From the NCBI RefSeq assembly GCF_036323395.1, contig NZ_AP028907.1, positions 1,980,001-2,012,000 of the forward strand: 32,000 nt of DNA. Direction: 5' to 3'. Below the pieces are notes generated by a model, which saw only the letters and a list, made by a program, of their open reading frames with translations, searched no databases and was not told the DNA's origin. Shown here in pieces: positions 17,019 to 25,629 of the stretch (the stretch's first letter is position 1; each line of letters begins with the position of its first letter). The DNA is from Pyrodictium abyssi. Its GTDB lineage: Archaea; Thermoproteota; Thermoprotei_A; Sulfolobales; Pyrodictiaceae. The position numbers and the translations under genes were made by a program.

Positions 17019-18650
17019 CTAGGCGGATCCACTAGAACCCGAGGAGTCTCGGCGCTCTCCTCGGGGATGTTGTGGGGCCGGCGCTTCCGAGCCTCCCTTT
17101 GTAGAATGAGGCTCAAGCGGCGCGTGCTCCTTCCTCTTACCGGAGGGGCGGAGCAATAAGGACAAGAGCTTCTTAGTAGTTATAGTGCCCACTACTTCTC
17201 CCCGCTCGTTCACCACAGCTATTATCGGCTCGTGGAGCAGCGAGACATCAGAGAGTATCTCTACTAGGGTCTTCTCCGCCGGTGCTATAGGGACCTCAGT
17301 CCTCGTGAAGAAGCGCAGCGGTAGGCGGCGAAGGAGCTGCGGATCAGCTTCGACAAAGTCTTCCGCAGTAACATAGCCTACGGGCCGCATGTACTCGTCG
17401 ACAACAACGGCTGCACCTTTCTCGGAGACTATTCTGGCTGCATACTCTGCGCTCTCATCTACGTGGATTATATCCATGTCAAGATCTATATCACGTAGTC
17501 TCAGTCTAAGTGCGTCCGGCTTGCGCTCAGACACACGGAACGACAGTGAAGACAGGATTGTAGACGCTACTACAGCCACTAGGGTGGCCGTATACATGTC
17601 GTACCCTAACAGTCCTGCCTGAAGCAATGAGAGTAGCAATGCGGCGTCTACACCACCCTTTGCCAGGTATATGAGACGCTCCCTCCCGCGGAACCCTTCT
17701 AGCGATGCAACCAGTATCTTCGGCAATGAGGCTGCAACAAGAAGAGCTAGGGATATTACTAGTGTTGTTGTCGACGGGCGTGCTGCATGAACACCGATGC
17801 CTATGAAGAATAGTGGCTCGAGGAAGCCATAGGTGAAAGCCCTTATGCGCTCAAGATATAGTGGACGTAGCTCCATATACTCTGAGAGGAAGACACCCAA
17901 TAGGAGTGCTGTAACAGCAGCGTTGAAGCCCAGAGCCTCGGCTATGTAGCCCGCCATTATAACCATTGAAACCACTATAGCGAATGGCGCCTCCTTTACA
18001 GCCATATGCTTCTCTATAAATACGAGTATATTGTCGAGATAATGTCTACCAACCATGTAGACGAGGGCTACAAATGCAGCCGACTGGACTAGCTTGGTGA
18101 CGTTGAAGCCTTGTGTAATAGTGTTAAAGAGTACTAGGCTAACTATCTCAACGAGCAAGCCGACTCTCATTGCGGCTAGCTCGCGCTCTCCAAGAGCACC
18201 CTTAGACAAGAGAATCTTCATCAATGGACCAGCGCTAATTATGCTCATTATGAGTCCTACACCAAGCATAGTTCTCAGAGTCACGCCGGTCAGCAGCCAA
18301 AGGGCGAGGACTGTTGCAGCCATGGAGCCAGAAAGGAGAAGAACAGTGGCCAAGAGGTCTTGGCGGCGGGGCACGAGGAGCGATGGGTTAGAAAGCTCCT
18401 CTATGCCTGCCAGGAACAGTGTAAAGTTAATACCTAGCATAAAAAGGAGAGATGCCGATTCGAGATCCTTTGGCGTCACTATACCAGTTACAGCACTACT
18501 AAGGACAAGGCCGGCTAGCACAGAGCCTATGAACCCGGGTAAGCGTAGACGCTCGGCGACCTCCTCGCCTATCTTTGAGGCGAGGAGGAGCATTCCGACA
18601 AGTACTGCGGCATGGATGGTCTCCTGCATATGCGCCCTAGCCCTCCCCAC
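17019..18650 (-). CDS. Cation/proton antiporter (CPA2 / NhaS-Kef family) with C-terminal CBS-like pair
   Basis: MQETIHAAVLVGMLLLASKIGEEVAERLRLPGFIGSVLAGLVLS...LFLAGIEEL..., about 12 hydrophobic segments; then AARIVSEKGAAVVVDEYMRPVGYVTAEDFVEA...EPIIAVVNERGEVVGTITTKKLLS. Confidence 0.85.
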   Translation of the reverse strand: MGRARAHMQETIHAAVLVGMLLLASKIGEEVAERLRLPGFIGSVLAGLVLSSAVTGIVTPKDLESASLLFMLGINFTLFLAGIEELSNPSLLVPRRQDLLATVLLLSGSMAATVLALWLLTGVTLRTMLGVGLIMSIISAGPLMKILLSKGALGERELAAMRVGLLVEIVSLVLFNTITQGFNVTKLVQSAAFVALVYMVGRHYLDNILVFIEKHMAVKEAPFAIVVSMVIMAGYIAEALGFNAAVTALLLGVFLSEYMELRPLYLERIRAFTYGFLEPLFFIGIGVHAARPSTTTLVISLALLVAASLPKILVASLEGFRGRERLIYLAKGGVDAALLLSLLQAGLLGYDMYTATLVAVVASTILSSLSFRVSERKPDALRLRLRDIDLDMDIIHVDESAEYAARIVSEKGAAVVVDEYMRPVGYVTAEDFVEADPQLLRRLPLRFFTRTEVPIAPAEKTLVEILSDVSLLHEPIIAVVNERGEVVGTITTKKLLSLLLRPSGKRKEHAPLEPHSTKGGSEAPAPQHPRGERRDSSGSSGSA

Positions 18651-18768
18651 ATGGTTTGACCGGGCTGAGCCTAAGGCTGACGGCGGCTACGGGGCGGGAG
18701 GAGTGTTAGGGCTCCCGTGCTGCACGCCGCCATAGAGCTAAAAGACTAGAGTGACATGCATGCACTGC

Positions 18769-18776
18769 TTATAAGC
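18769..18776 (-). promoter_or_regulatory. TATA-like element possibly driving the antiporter gene
   Basis: reverse strand gcttataag in GC-rich region, about 120 bp upstream of the antiporter start. Confidence 0.3.
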
Positions 18777-18875
18777 GCCATGGCGCGTTTGCGGGGGCGT
18801 CGGGCAGCCCGGTCTCCCTGGAATATTTTATGACTTATCTTTACTCGTGGCCCGACTATGTAGTGGTGACGGTGG

Positions 18876-19379
18876 CTAGATGAATGAGGAGCTGTGCTGC
18901 TGTCTAGACGGGGCTATAGTGTGCGGGAACTTCTCCCACAGCAGCGCGTTTACTATGAGGAACACGTTCACGAGCCTAGCAGCATCGTCTATAAGCCTCT
19001 GTTTTGTAATCTCCTCGTCGAATAGCAGAATCTCGGCAACTACAGCTGTAGGGGAGGCAATACCGCCGTGTAGAGCTATGCGGCAATGTGGGCAAATAGA
19101 CAGAACTCTATCAAGCAGCATGGCCGAGAACTTAACCCGCTCCTCCACGGGCAGCCGGTTAAGCTCCTCTCTATGCTTATCCGAGAAGTTCACGCCCATG
19201 CCAACCACGATGCCGCCTCTCTTTAGCCCCAGTATTCTCATCCTAACCTGCATTGGAGGCGGTGTAGCCACTGCGAGGCCCCACTCAGCGTTAGACGGTA
19301 GTGGCGAGTCGAAGGGAGCCACTACGAAGCCCGCGTCAGCGAGCCACGTGGTTATCTTATCCTTCGTATCATGAGACAT
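18876..19379 (-). CDS. DUF2299-like conserved archaeal protein
   Basis: ITTWLADAGFVVAPFDSPLPSNAEWGLAVATPPPMQVRMRILG...GIVVGMGVNFSDKHREELNRLPVEERVKF. Confidence 0.65.
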   Translation of the reverse strand: MSHDTKDKITTWLADAGFVVAPFDSPLPSNAEWGLAVATPPPMQVRMRILGLKRGGIVVGMGVNFSDKHREELNRLPVEERVKFSAMLLDRVLSICPHCRIALHGGIASPTAVVAEILLFDEEITKQRLIDDAARLVNVFLIVNALLWEKFPHTIAPSRQQHSSSFI

Positions 19380-19514
19380 GTCTGGCAGCCCCTTTTCCGA
19401 GACCAGGATACCATCTAGTAATGCGGGGACCTAATTAGACTAGGCGTAGGGGCTTCTAGGGCCCAGTTATGTGATGGGAAAGCTTCGTGAGGCACTGTTT
19501 ACGCGCTGGTACCA

Positions 19515-19523
19515 GTTTATATA
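19515..19523 (+). promoter_or_regulatory. TATA box of KaiC-like gene
   Basis: agtttatat about 35-40 bp upstream of GTG 19557. Confidence 0.5.
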
Positions 19524-19556
19524 CTTCGTCTAAATCCTCTATATTAGAGTGGAAGA

Positions 19557-20336
19557 GTGGAGGTTGGAGACCGTATGGCCATAGAGCGTGTCAAGACGGG
19601 GATACCGGGTCTTGATGAGATACTCTATGGGGGTATACCGCGGAGGAACGTGGTGCTCCTCAGCGGTGGCCCTGGCACGGGTAAGACCATAATGAGCCAG
19701 CAGTACCTCTGGAACGGCCTACAGATGGGCGAGCCGGGCGTCTATGTGGCCCTAGAGGAGCACCCTGTGCAAGTGAGGATAAACATGAGCCAGTTCGGCT
19801 GGGATGTGAGGCCATACGAGCGGGAGGGCGTCTTCGCGATAGTAGACGCGTTCACTGGAGGCATAGGCGAGGCCGCGAAGAGAGAACGCTACGTCGTACG
19901 CGACCCATCCGACGTGGGCCTGCTTATAGACGTTCTCAAGGAGGCGATAAGGGATACCGGGGCACAGCGCGTGGTAATAGACTCAGTGTCTACACTCTAC
20001 CTCACGAAGCCGAGCGTGGCGCGAAGCGTAGTCATGATGCTCAAGCGCGTCCTCAGCGGCCTTGGGACTACAAGCTTCCTAGTGAGCCAGGTATCTGTCA
20101 CAGAGAGGGGCTTTGGAGGCCCTGGCGTAGAGCACGCAGCAGACGGCATCATAAGGCTTGACCTCGACGAGATAGACGGAGAGCTGAAGAGAAGCATACT
20201 GATATGGAAGATGAGGGGCACCAAGCACAGCATGAGGCGCCACCCATTCGAAATAACCGACAAGGGGATAGTAATACATCACAACAAGGTGCTAAGAGTC
20301 ACTAGGGGAGGAGTAGTAGAGCAAAGCCTCAGCTAA
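19557..20336 (+). CDS. Single-domain KaiC/RadA-like ATPase
   Basis: [43 protein letters not shown]...VYVALEEHP...[15 protein letters not shown]...[23 protein letters not shown]. Confidence 0.92.
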   Translation: MEVGDRMAIERVKTGIPGLDEILYGGIPRRNVVLLSGGPGTGKTIMSQQYLWNGLQMGEPGVYVALEEHPVQVRINMSQFGWDVRPYEREGVFAIVDAFTGGIGEAAKRERYVVRDPSDVGLLIDVLKEAIRDTGAQRVVIDSVSTLYLTKPSVARSVVMMLKRVLSGLGTTSFLVSQVSVTERGFGGPGVEHAADGIIRLDLDEIDGELKRSILIWKMRGTKHSMRRHPFEITDKGIVIHHNKVLRVTRGGVVEQSLS

Positions 20337-20395
20337 ACCCCGGGAAGCAGCGGATACAGAAGTGGACGGCTTCGGCACGGCTCTTCGTCAGCATC

Positions 20396-20426
20396 CCGCA
20401 GCCCCGGGGTCAGTGTGGGGCTGCGG
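20396..20426. terminator. Perfect 10-bp inverted repeat downstream of KaiC-like gene
   Basis: CCGCAGCCCC-ggggtcagtgt-GGGGCTGCGG, 60 bp after the stop codon; could be RNA structure rather than a terminator. Confidence 0.35.
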
Positions 20427-20489
20427 TATCGTCGTCGCAGGCGCACCACACCGCCGTCCAGCACGCTTTAGCTACGCAGCTCTATTTTT

Positions 20490-20507
20490 ATGCCTTCAAG
20501 AAGGCAT
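20490..20507. promoter_or_regulatory. 18-bp inverted repeat abutting a TATA-like box (candidate operator)
   Basis: ctattttt followed by ATGCCTTC-AA-GAAGGCAT. Confidence 0.45.
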
Positions 20508-20540
20508 GGGGTCTGTAGCTGGGTTCACGCGTTGGAGCCC

Positions 20541-21023
20541 GTGATGGCGCCGCGTAGGGCTAAGAGGAGGATAGCGCTCTCCGCTCCCCGCGGGACAATA
20601 ACCCTTGCAGGCATATTCTCCGCGCTTGCCACAGTACTCCCAGTACTGCTGCTCAACCTGGGACTCAACCCCGCTCTAGCCGAGAAAGTATTCATAGCAA
20701 TGTACCTGGTAGGCCTCCCCATAGTTGTGTCAGCGGTCTACCAGCTCTATGGGCTCGCTGTGGCAGTTTCCGAAGCATGTGGCATGGGGCGTCCAAGCGC
20801 TCTAGGATTCCTAGTTGGCGTATTCCCTCTTGGCTACGTTATACCGCTATACTATGTGCTACAGATGCTTGCACGCTGCAAGAGCCTGGAGGGCAAGATA
20901 AACGCGACGCCTATAGACATTATGCTGAACATAATAACCTTTGGACTACACTCGGCCATGTATGCCGCGCTGTTCAACAAAGTAGTGGACATGGCTCTAG
21001 AAGGGCTAGACAAGCCATACTAG
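20541..21023 (+). CDS. Membrane protein of unknown function (track start 20490 less likely)
   Basis: Four or so hydrophobic segments (TITLAGIFSALATVLPVLLLNLG..., LVGLPIVVSAVYQLYGLAVAV, ALGFLVGVFPLGYVIPLYYVLQ, IMLNIITFGLHSAMYAALF); TATA at about 20482 favours a start near GTG 20541/ATG 20544. Confidence 0.65.
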   Translation: MMAPRRAKRRIALSAPRGTITLAGIFSALATVLPVLLLNLGLNPALAEKVFIAMYLVGLPIVVSAVYQLYGLAVAVSEACGMGRPSALGFLVGVFPLGYVIPLYYVLQMLARCKSLEGKINATPIDIMLNIITFGLHSAMYAALFNKVVDMALEGLDKPY

Positions 21024-21748
21024 GCATGACAGCTCCCATAGTAGGGGCAGCTGGTGCACCAGCTACCCCGCCGCGCTACCGGCTGGCGCTCTTCACGCCA
21101 GTAGGCTAGTAGCGGTGATATAGCTTCAAGCTCCACGTCGAGGTCGTGGGCAAGCACATGAAGTGCAGCCCCATTACCGGCTACCGGCTTTACGGAGCCC
21201 AGGTACACGGATGAAAGTATGCTTATCAGCTTCCTGTTATCCTCCGCGGCGGCTAGTACGAGCTTCGTTCTGCTAGTCAGCGGGAAGCCCGCATAGGCTA
21301 GCGTGAGCGCGTAGGCGTAGAGCTTGACCTTATCCGAGCCGTACATTCTCCAAGGCTTCTTCGAGATCTTCCCTACTACTATGGCCGCTACGCGGCCAGC
21401 ATCAAAGTAAACCGCGTGGGGGCGCGCAATGATGGGAACACCCTCCACTACTGCGGCTACCGGTATCGACAGCGCGAATGTATCGGTATGCCGTGGTATG
21501 CGACGCTTGGCCTCAAGAAGAACCTCTACCAGCTTGCGGGCCTCGCTAACCCTTCTAGCTCCAGGGTCGTGTTCACCGAGCAACGTGTACTCTAGCTTTT
21601 TCTCGCAAAACACTTGGCTCGCTAGGAGGCTCGGTGTCACGAATGGTAAGCCAAAGCGTAGGCAACAATACTCGCCCTTAGATACGGCTTCTAGTAAGAG
21701 CCTAACACGCTCTATAGTCTCCTCTAGCCTGGCATGGTCCATGGACAC
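21020..21748 (-). CDS. Cas4-like PD-(D/E)XK superfamily protein, probably catalytically degenerate, with Fe-S type cysteines
   Basis: FVTPSLLASQVFCEKKLEYTLLGEHDPG...VVEGVPIIARPHAVYFDAGRVAAIVVGKISKKPWRMYGSDKVKLYAYALTL...CTSCPYYGSCHA. Confidence 0.68.
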   Translation of the reverse strand: MSMDHARLEETIERVRLLLEAVSKGEYCCLRFGLPFVTPSLLASQVFCEKKLEYTLLGEHDPGARRVSEARKLVEVLLEAKRRIPRHTDTFALSIPVAAVVEGVPIIARPHAVYFDAGRVAAIVVGKISKKPWRMYGSDKVKLYAYALTLAYAGFPLTSRTKLVLAAAEDNRKLISILSSVYLGSVKPVAGNGAALHVLAHDLDVELEAISPLLAYWREERQPVARRGSWCTSCPYYGSCHA

Positions 21749-21750
21749 TC

Positions 21751-21780
21751 TATCCCCTTAGCCAAGCGGTGGCTGGGATA
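21751..21780. other. Two-tier inverted repeat upstream of the Cas4-like gene
   Basis: TATCCC-ctt-AGCCA-agcgg-TGGCT-GGGATA. Confidence 0.4.
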
Positions 21781-21894
21781 GCCACGCTTGTAGCTGCTGG
21801 GTATCACGTGATAACCTCTAGTAGCCTGGCGCTCAGCCCTCCTGGGCAAGCGTTTAAGTTCGCTGAAATAGTGGGGAAACCGGGTGCCAGCATA

Positions 21895-23103
21895 GTGGAC
21901 TACTCTAAGTTCTTCTCGGAATACGTGAACGCGATAAAGGCCTCCGATATACGCGAGCTACTAAAGATAGTAGAGAAGGGTAACGTGATAAGCCTAGCTG
22001 GAGGCCTACCAGACCCCCGTAGCTTCCCTAAGGAGGAGATAGCGAGGATAGCCATGGAGGTAATAGAGAGGTTTGGTGAGAAAGCTCTCCAGTACAGCCC
22101 GACACGTGGTGTATCCTACTTCCTCGAGGCGTTGAAGAACTTCTCGAAGAGGCACGGGATTGCCGTAAACGATGAAGACGGGATAATAACCACTGTTGGT
22201 AGCCAGCAGGCTCTCTACATCCTCGGCAGAGCACTGCTTAACCCCGGGGACTACGTGGTCACGGAGGAACCCACTTACCTCGGGATGCTCCAGGCTTTCC
22301 GGGGTGTAGGGGTACGCTACCTAACCGTACCCATAGACGAGGATGGTATGCGTACCGATAAGCTCGAAGAGGTGCTCAAAAAGGCAAAGAGCGAGGGACT
22401 GAGGATCAAGATGATATACACTGTGCCGACGTGCCATAACCCGGCCGGCACGACGCTCCCAATGGATAGGCGAAGACACCTACTAGAACTAGCAGAGGAA
22501 TACGACCTGCTAGTGGTCGAGGACGACCCCTATAGCTTCATAGCCTTCGAGGAGCGCGACGTGAAGCCGCTAAAGACCCTAGACCGTAGCGGCAGGGTCA
22601 TCTACATGAGCACTGTGAGCAAGATACTGGCCCCAGGGCTGCGGCTAGGCTGGGCTATAGGCCCAGACCCGCTCATATCCAAGATGGAGCTAGTAAAGCA
22701 GGAGATAGACCTACACACGTCGACACTAAGCCAGTACATAGCCGCCGAGGCCATGAACCGCGGGATAATAGACAAGCACATACCCTTCATAAAGAGGCTC
22801 TACCGTGAGAAGCGCGACGCGATGCTGGCGGCGCTCGAGGAGTACATGCCCGAGGGCGTGAAGTGGACGAAGCCGATAGGCGGGCTATTCGTCTGGGTAT
22901 GGCTCCCCGAAGGCATTAACAGCCGTAAGCTGCTACAGAAGGCTATAGAGAAGGGAGTAGTGTTCGTTCCCGGAGACTCGTTCTACCCCAGCGGCGGCGG
23001 GGAGAACACAATGCGGCTGAACTTCAGCTACCCGAGCCCGGAGGAGATACGGGAAGGAGTACGCCGCATAGCCGAGGCAATAAAGGAGTACAAAGCAGGC
23101 TAA
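21895..23103 (+). CDS. PLP-dependent aminotransferase (class I/II, LysN/2-aminoadipate-type family)
   Basis: NVISLAGGLPDPRSFP...ALQYSPTRG...GSQQALYILGRALLNPGDYVVTEEPTYLG...VEDDPYSFI...YMSTVSKILAPGLRLGW; GTG 21895 chosen over track start 21769 because the family N-terminus and a TATA-like tttaag at about 21853 fit better. Confidence 0.9.
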   Translation: MDYSKFFSEYVNAIKASDIRELLKIVEKGNVISLAGGLPDPRSFPKEEIARIAMEVIERFGEKALQYSPTRGVSYFLEALKNFSKRHGIAVNDEDGIITTVGSQQALYILGRALLNPGDYVVTEEPTYLGMLQAFRGVGVRYLTVPIDEDGMRTDKLEEVLKKAKSEGLRIKMIYTVPTCHNPAGTTLPMDRRRHLLELAEEYDLLVVEDDPYSFIAFEERDVKPLKTLDRSGRVIYMSTVSKILAPGLRLGWAIGPDPLISKMELVKQEIDLHTSTLSQYIAAEAMNRGIIDKHIPFIKRLYREKRDAMLAALEEYMPEGVKWTKPIGGLFVWVWLPEGINSRKLLQKAIEKGVVFVPGDSFYPSGGGENTMRLNFSYPSPEEIREGVRRIAEAIKEYKAG

Positions 23104-23981
23104 ACCCTGAGCCTGAAGACATAGCCTAGAACAGGCCCACTATCCCAGGGAGGCACAGAGAGCCCATCAACAACACCTACACTCTCTTCTACTGTTCTAC
23201 GTGCCTTGCTGAGCAGTGTTTTAGCACAGCCAGCCTTTCCGCCCTGGAGCGTGACTACTTCTAGACGCTTGCACCACCTGCAAGAGGGCCAAGCGTGAAA
23301 CGCGAAAACGGGGTGGAGTAGTAGCTTCCGCGGCCTAGAAGCCGATAGCACGCGCTCAAGCATATACACGTCTAGGGACGCGGCAACAACTGCATCATAC
23401 CGCTGGCCCGGCTTCTCTACGAGTTCTAGTCCCAGGCTTTTCGCTAGGCGCTTAGCGCTACTGCTACCAGTATAGAGCGACACCCGGTAGCCCATGTCTG
23501 CGAGCGCGAGGGCCGCGAATAGCCCGAAGCCTCCACATCCCGCGACTAGCACCCGGTCAGCGTCGGCCGCTTTGCTAGCTGCTTCACACGCGAGAGAAGA
23601 ATCCAAGAGGAAAGCAGCGAGTGGGCTAGCGTCGTTCACTTCTGCGAGGTGTGTAGAAGGCACGGATACGTAGCCTGCTAGGAAGCCGTCGCCCCTTAGT
23701 GGCGGGAGATAATGCTCGTCCACGTGCACCAATGCGGCTCTCTTGCCGGCAAGTGAGGTGTTAGCGTCCACACCGAGCTCTACCACTGTGCCGGCGCCGG
23801 AGCAGCCCATTACAACTCCATTCTCCGCCGGTAGGATGCCCGCTGCTACAGCAGTGTCGAGAGGACACCAACGGGCAGACTCTACGCGGAGTAAAACCCA
23901 GCCCCGTGGGACTAGCGGTGGAAGGCGCTGCTCTAGCTGGGGCTCGCCACGCCACACGATGGCCTTGTACTCGGACGCCAA
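23100..23981 (-). CDS. MDR superfamily alcohol dehydrogenase-like protein
   Basis: YKAIVWRGEPQLEQRLPPLVPRGWVLLRVESARWCPLDTAVAAG...GCSGAGTVVELG...RVLVAGCGGFGLFAALALADMGYRVSLYTGS. Confidence 0.75.
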   Translation of the reverse strand: MASEYKAIVWRGEPQLEQRLPPLVPRGWVLLRVESARWCPLDTAVAAGILPAENGVVMGCSGAGTVVELGVDANTSLAGKRAALVHVDEHYLPPLRGDGFLAGYVSVPSTHLAEVNDASPLAAFLLDSSLACEAASKAADADRVLVAGCGGFGLFAALALADMGYRVSLYTGSSSAKRLAKSLGLELVEKPGQRYDAVVAASLDVYMLERVLSASRPRKLLLHPVFAFHAWPSCRWCKRLEVVTLQGGKAGCAKTLLSKARRTVEESVGVVDGLSVPPWDSGPVLGYVFRLRV

Positions 23982-24000
23982 GCTGGAGTTACACCACGTT

Positions 24001-25542
24001 CTACTGTGGTTCTATGGTTGCTGGTGGCTTAGTGGTAACGGCGTAGGCCACCATGGTGACTCCGGGTACTTCGGAGGTTATCCGCCGCGATATCCGGTCA
24101 AGCACGTCGTATGGTATGCGTGTCCAGTCAGCTGTCATTCCGTCGTCGCTCTCCACTACCCTGACTATTACTATGTGGCCCTCTTCGCGCCGGTCGCCCT
24201 TCACGCCTACCCAGCGGTCGTCGCCGACGACGGCGAAGGCCTGCCATACACGCTCGTAGAGCCCGGCCTTCCTCAGCTCATCCTCAACTATCTTAGAGGC
24301 CTTGCGTGCTATCTCTAGCTTCTCCTTGGTGACCTCGCCGATGACGCGTACTGCTAGACCAGGCCCGGGGAACGGGTGTCTAAACGCTAGCTTCCTGGGC
24401 AGCCCGAGCGCTAGCGCTAGCCTCCGGACCTCGTCCTTGTAGAACTCCCGGAGGGGCTCGACGACCTCCAGGCCTAGCCAGCTGGGCAGCCCGCCCACGT
24501 TATGGTGGCTCTTTATACGGTCGGCCCCCGGCGCGGCTCCCGACTCTATCACGTCGGGGTAGAGGGTGCCCTGGGCTAGGTACTTTATGTCATGGTTCTC
24601 CTCTACGATTCTCTTGAATATCCTGGCGAACATCTCTCCGATGCGCTTCCTCTTCTCCTCCGGGTCGCTAACGCCCCGAATAGCCTCGAAGAACTCCTCC
24701 CTAGCGTCTATGACGAGCGGCTTTATCCCGGCGGACTCCAGTATCTTGACGGTCTCCTCGACCTCTCCTTCTCTGAAGAACCCATGGTCCACGAGCACAG
24801 CTAGGAGTCTCTCGCCTATGGCTCGCTGGAGCAACACAGCGGTGACCGTCGAGTCGACGCCGCCGCTAACAGCGACCAGGACCCGCCCATCCCGTATCCG
24901 GCTCCGCAGGTCGGAGACAATGGAGTCTATGAGGTTCTCCGGCCTCCACCAGGGCTCTGCTCCTGCTAGCTTAGCGAAGTTGGCTAGAAGCTGGCGCCCC
25001 TTGGGTGTATGGGACACCTCGGGGTGGAACTGTACGCCGTAGACCAGTGTGTCTCCGTGCTGCTTCCTGAATGCTGCCACGTAGCCGTTCTCGCTGACAG
25101 CCAGCAGCTTGGCGCCAGGCGGCACCTCGCGGACACAGTCGCCGTGGCTCATCCATGTCTGCTCCTCTGCCCCCCAGCCCTTGAAGAGAGGGTCGCCGGT
25201 GTCCAGTACCCGTACGATTGTGCGGCCGTATTCTCTACAGCCCTGGTCCACCTTGCCTCCAAGCATCTCGGCGAGGAGGTGGAAGCCGTAGCAGATACCC
25301 AGCACCGGCTTGCCCAGCTCCAGTATCCAGTCGGGGACGCGCGGCGCCCCGGGAGCGTAGACGCTCGGCGGCCCACCGGAGAGCACTATTGCTTTGACGC
25401 TCGTGTCCTCTAGGTCCTCGCGCCTAAGCAGGCTGTAGGGGACTATCTCCGCGTAGAAGCCCTGCTCTCGTAGCCTCCGCGCTATAAGGTGCATGTACTG
25501 GCCGCCGAAGCCGACTACTACTATCTTATCCCTCTTCTGCAG
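24001..25542 (-). CDS. guaA: GMP synthase (glutamine-hydrolysing); start extended to CTG 25542
   Basis: QKRDKIVVVGFGGQYMHLIARRLREQGFYAEIVPY...KPVLGICYGFHLLAEMLGG...GVQFHPEVSHT...VLVAVSGGVDSTV...SHHNVGGLP...RHPFPGPGLAVRVIGEVT...TTKPPATIEPQ. Confidence 0.97.
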   Translation of the reverse strand: MQKRDKIVVVGFGGQYMHLIARRLREQGFYAEIVPYSLLRREDLEDTSVKAIVLSGGPPSVYAPGAPRVPDWILELGKPVLGICYGFHLLAEMLGGKVDQGCREYGRTIVRVLDTGDPLFKGWGAEEQTWMSHGDCVREVPPGAKLLAVSENGYVAAFRKQHGDTLVYGVQFHPEVSHTPKGRQLLANFAKLAGAEPWWRPENLIDSIVSDLRSRIRDGRVLVAVSGGVDSTVTAVLLQRAIGERLLAVLVDHGFFREGEVEETVKILESAGIKPLVIDAREEFFEAIRGVSDPEEKRKRIGEMFARIFKRIVEENHDIKYLAQGTLYPDVIESGAAPGADRIKSHHNVGGLPSWLGLEVVEPLREFYKDEVRRLALALGLPRKLAFRHPFPGPGLAVRVIGEVTKEKLEIARKASKIVEDELRKAGLYERVWQAFAVVGDDRWVGVKGDRREEGHIVIVRVVESDDGMTADWTRIPYDVLDRISRRITSEVPGVTMVAYAVTTKPPATIEPQ

Positions 25543-25629
25543 GGCTCATACCCCGTGTCGCCCGGGGCAGCTCCGCCGGGGGATTATTAGCCCGGTCCTC
25601 CGCGTGCCCGGTACACGGGTTACAGGGTA

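Noticed and set aside
18880-19374. 164-aa plus-strand ORF almost coextensive with the DUF2299-like gene
   Set aside because: Low-complexity Ser/Thr-rich translation typical of a shadow ORF; the minus strand gives a protein-like sequence.
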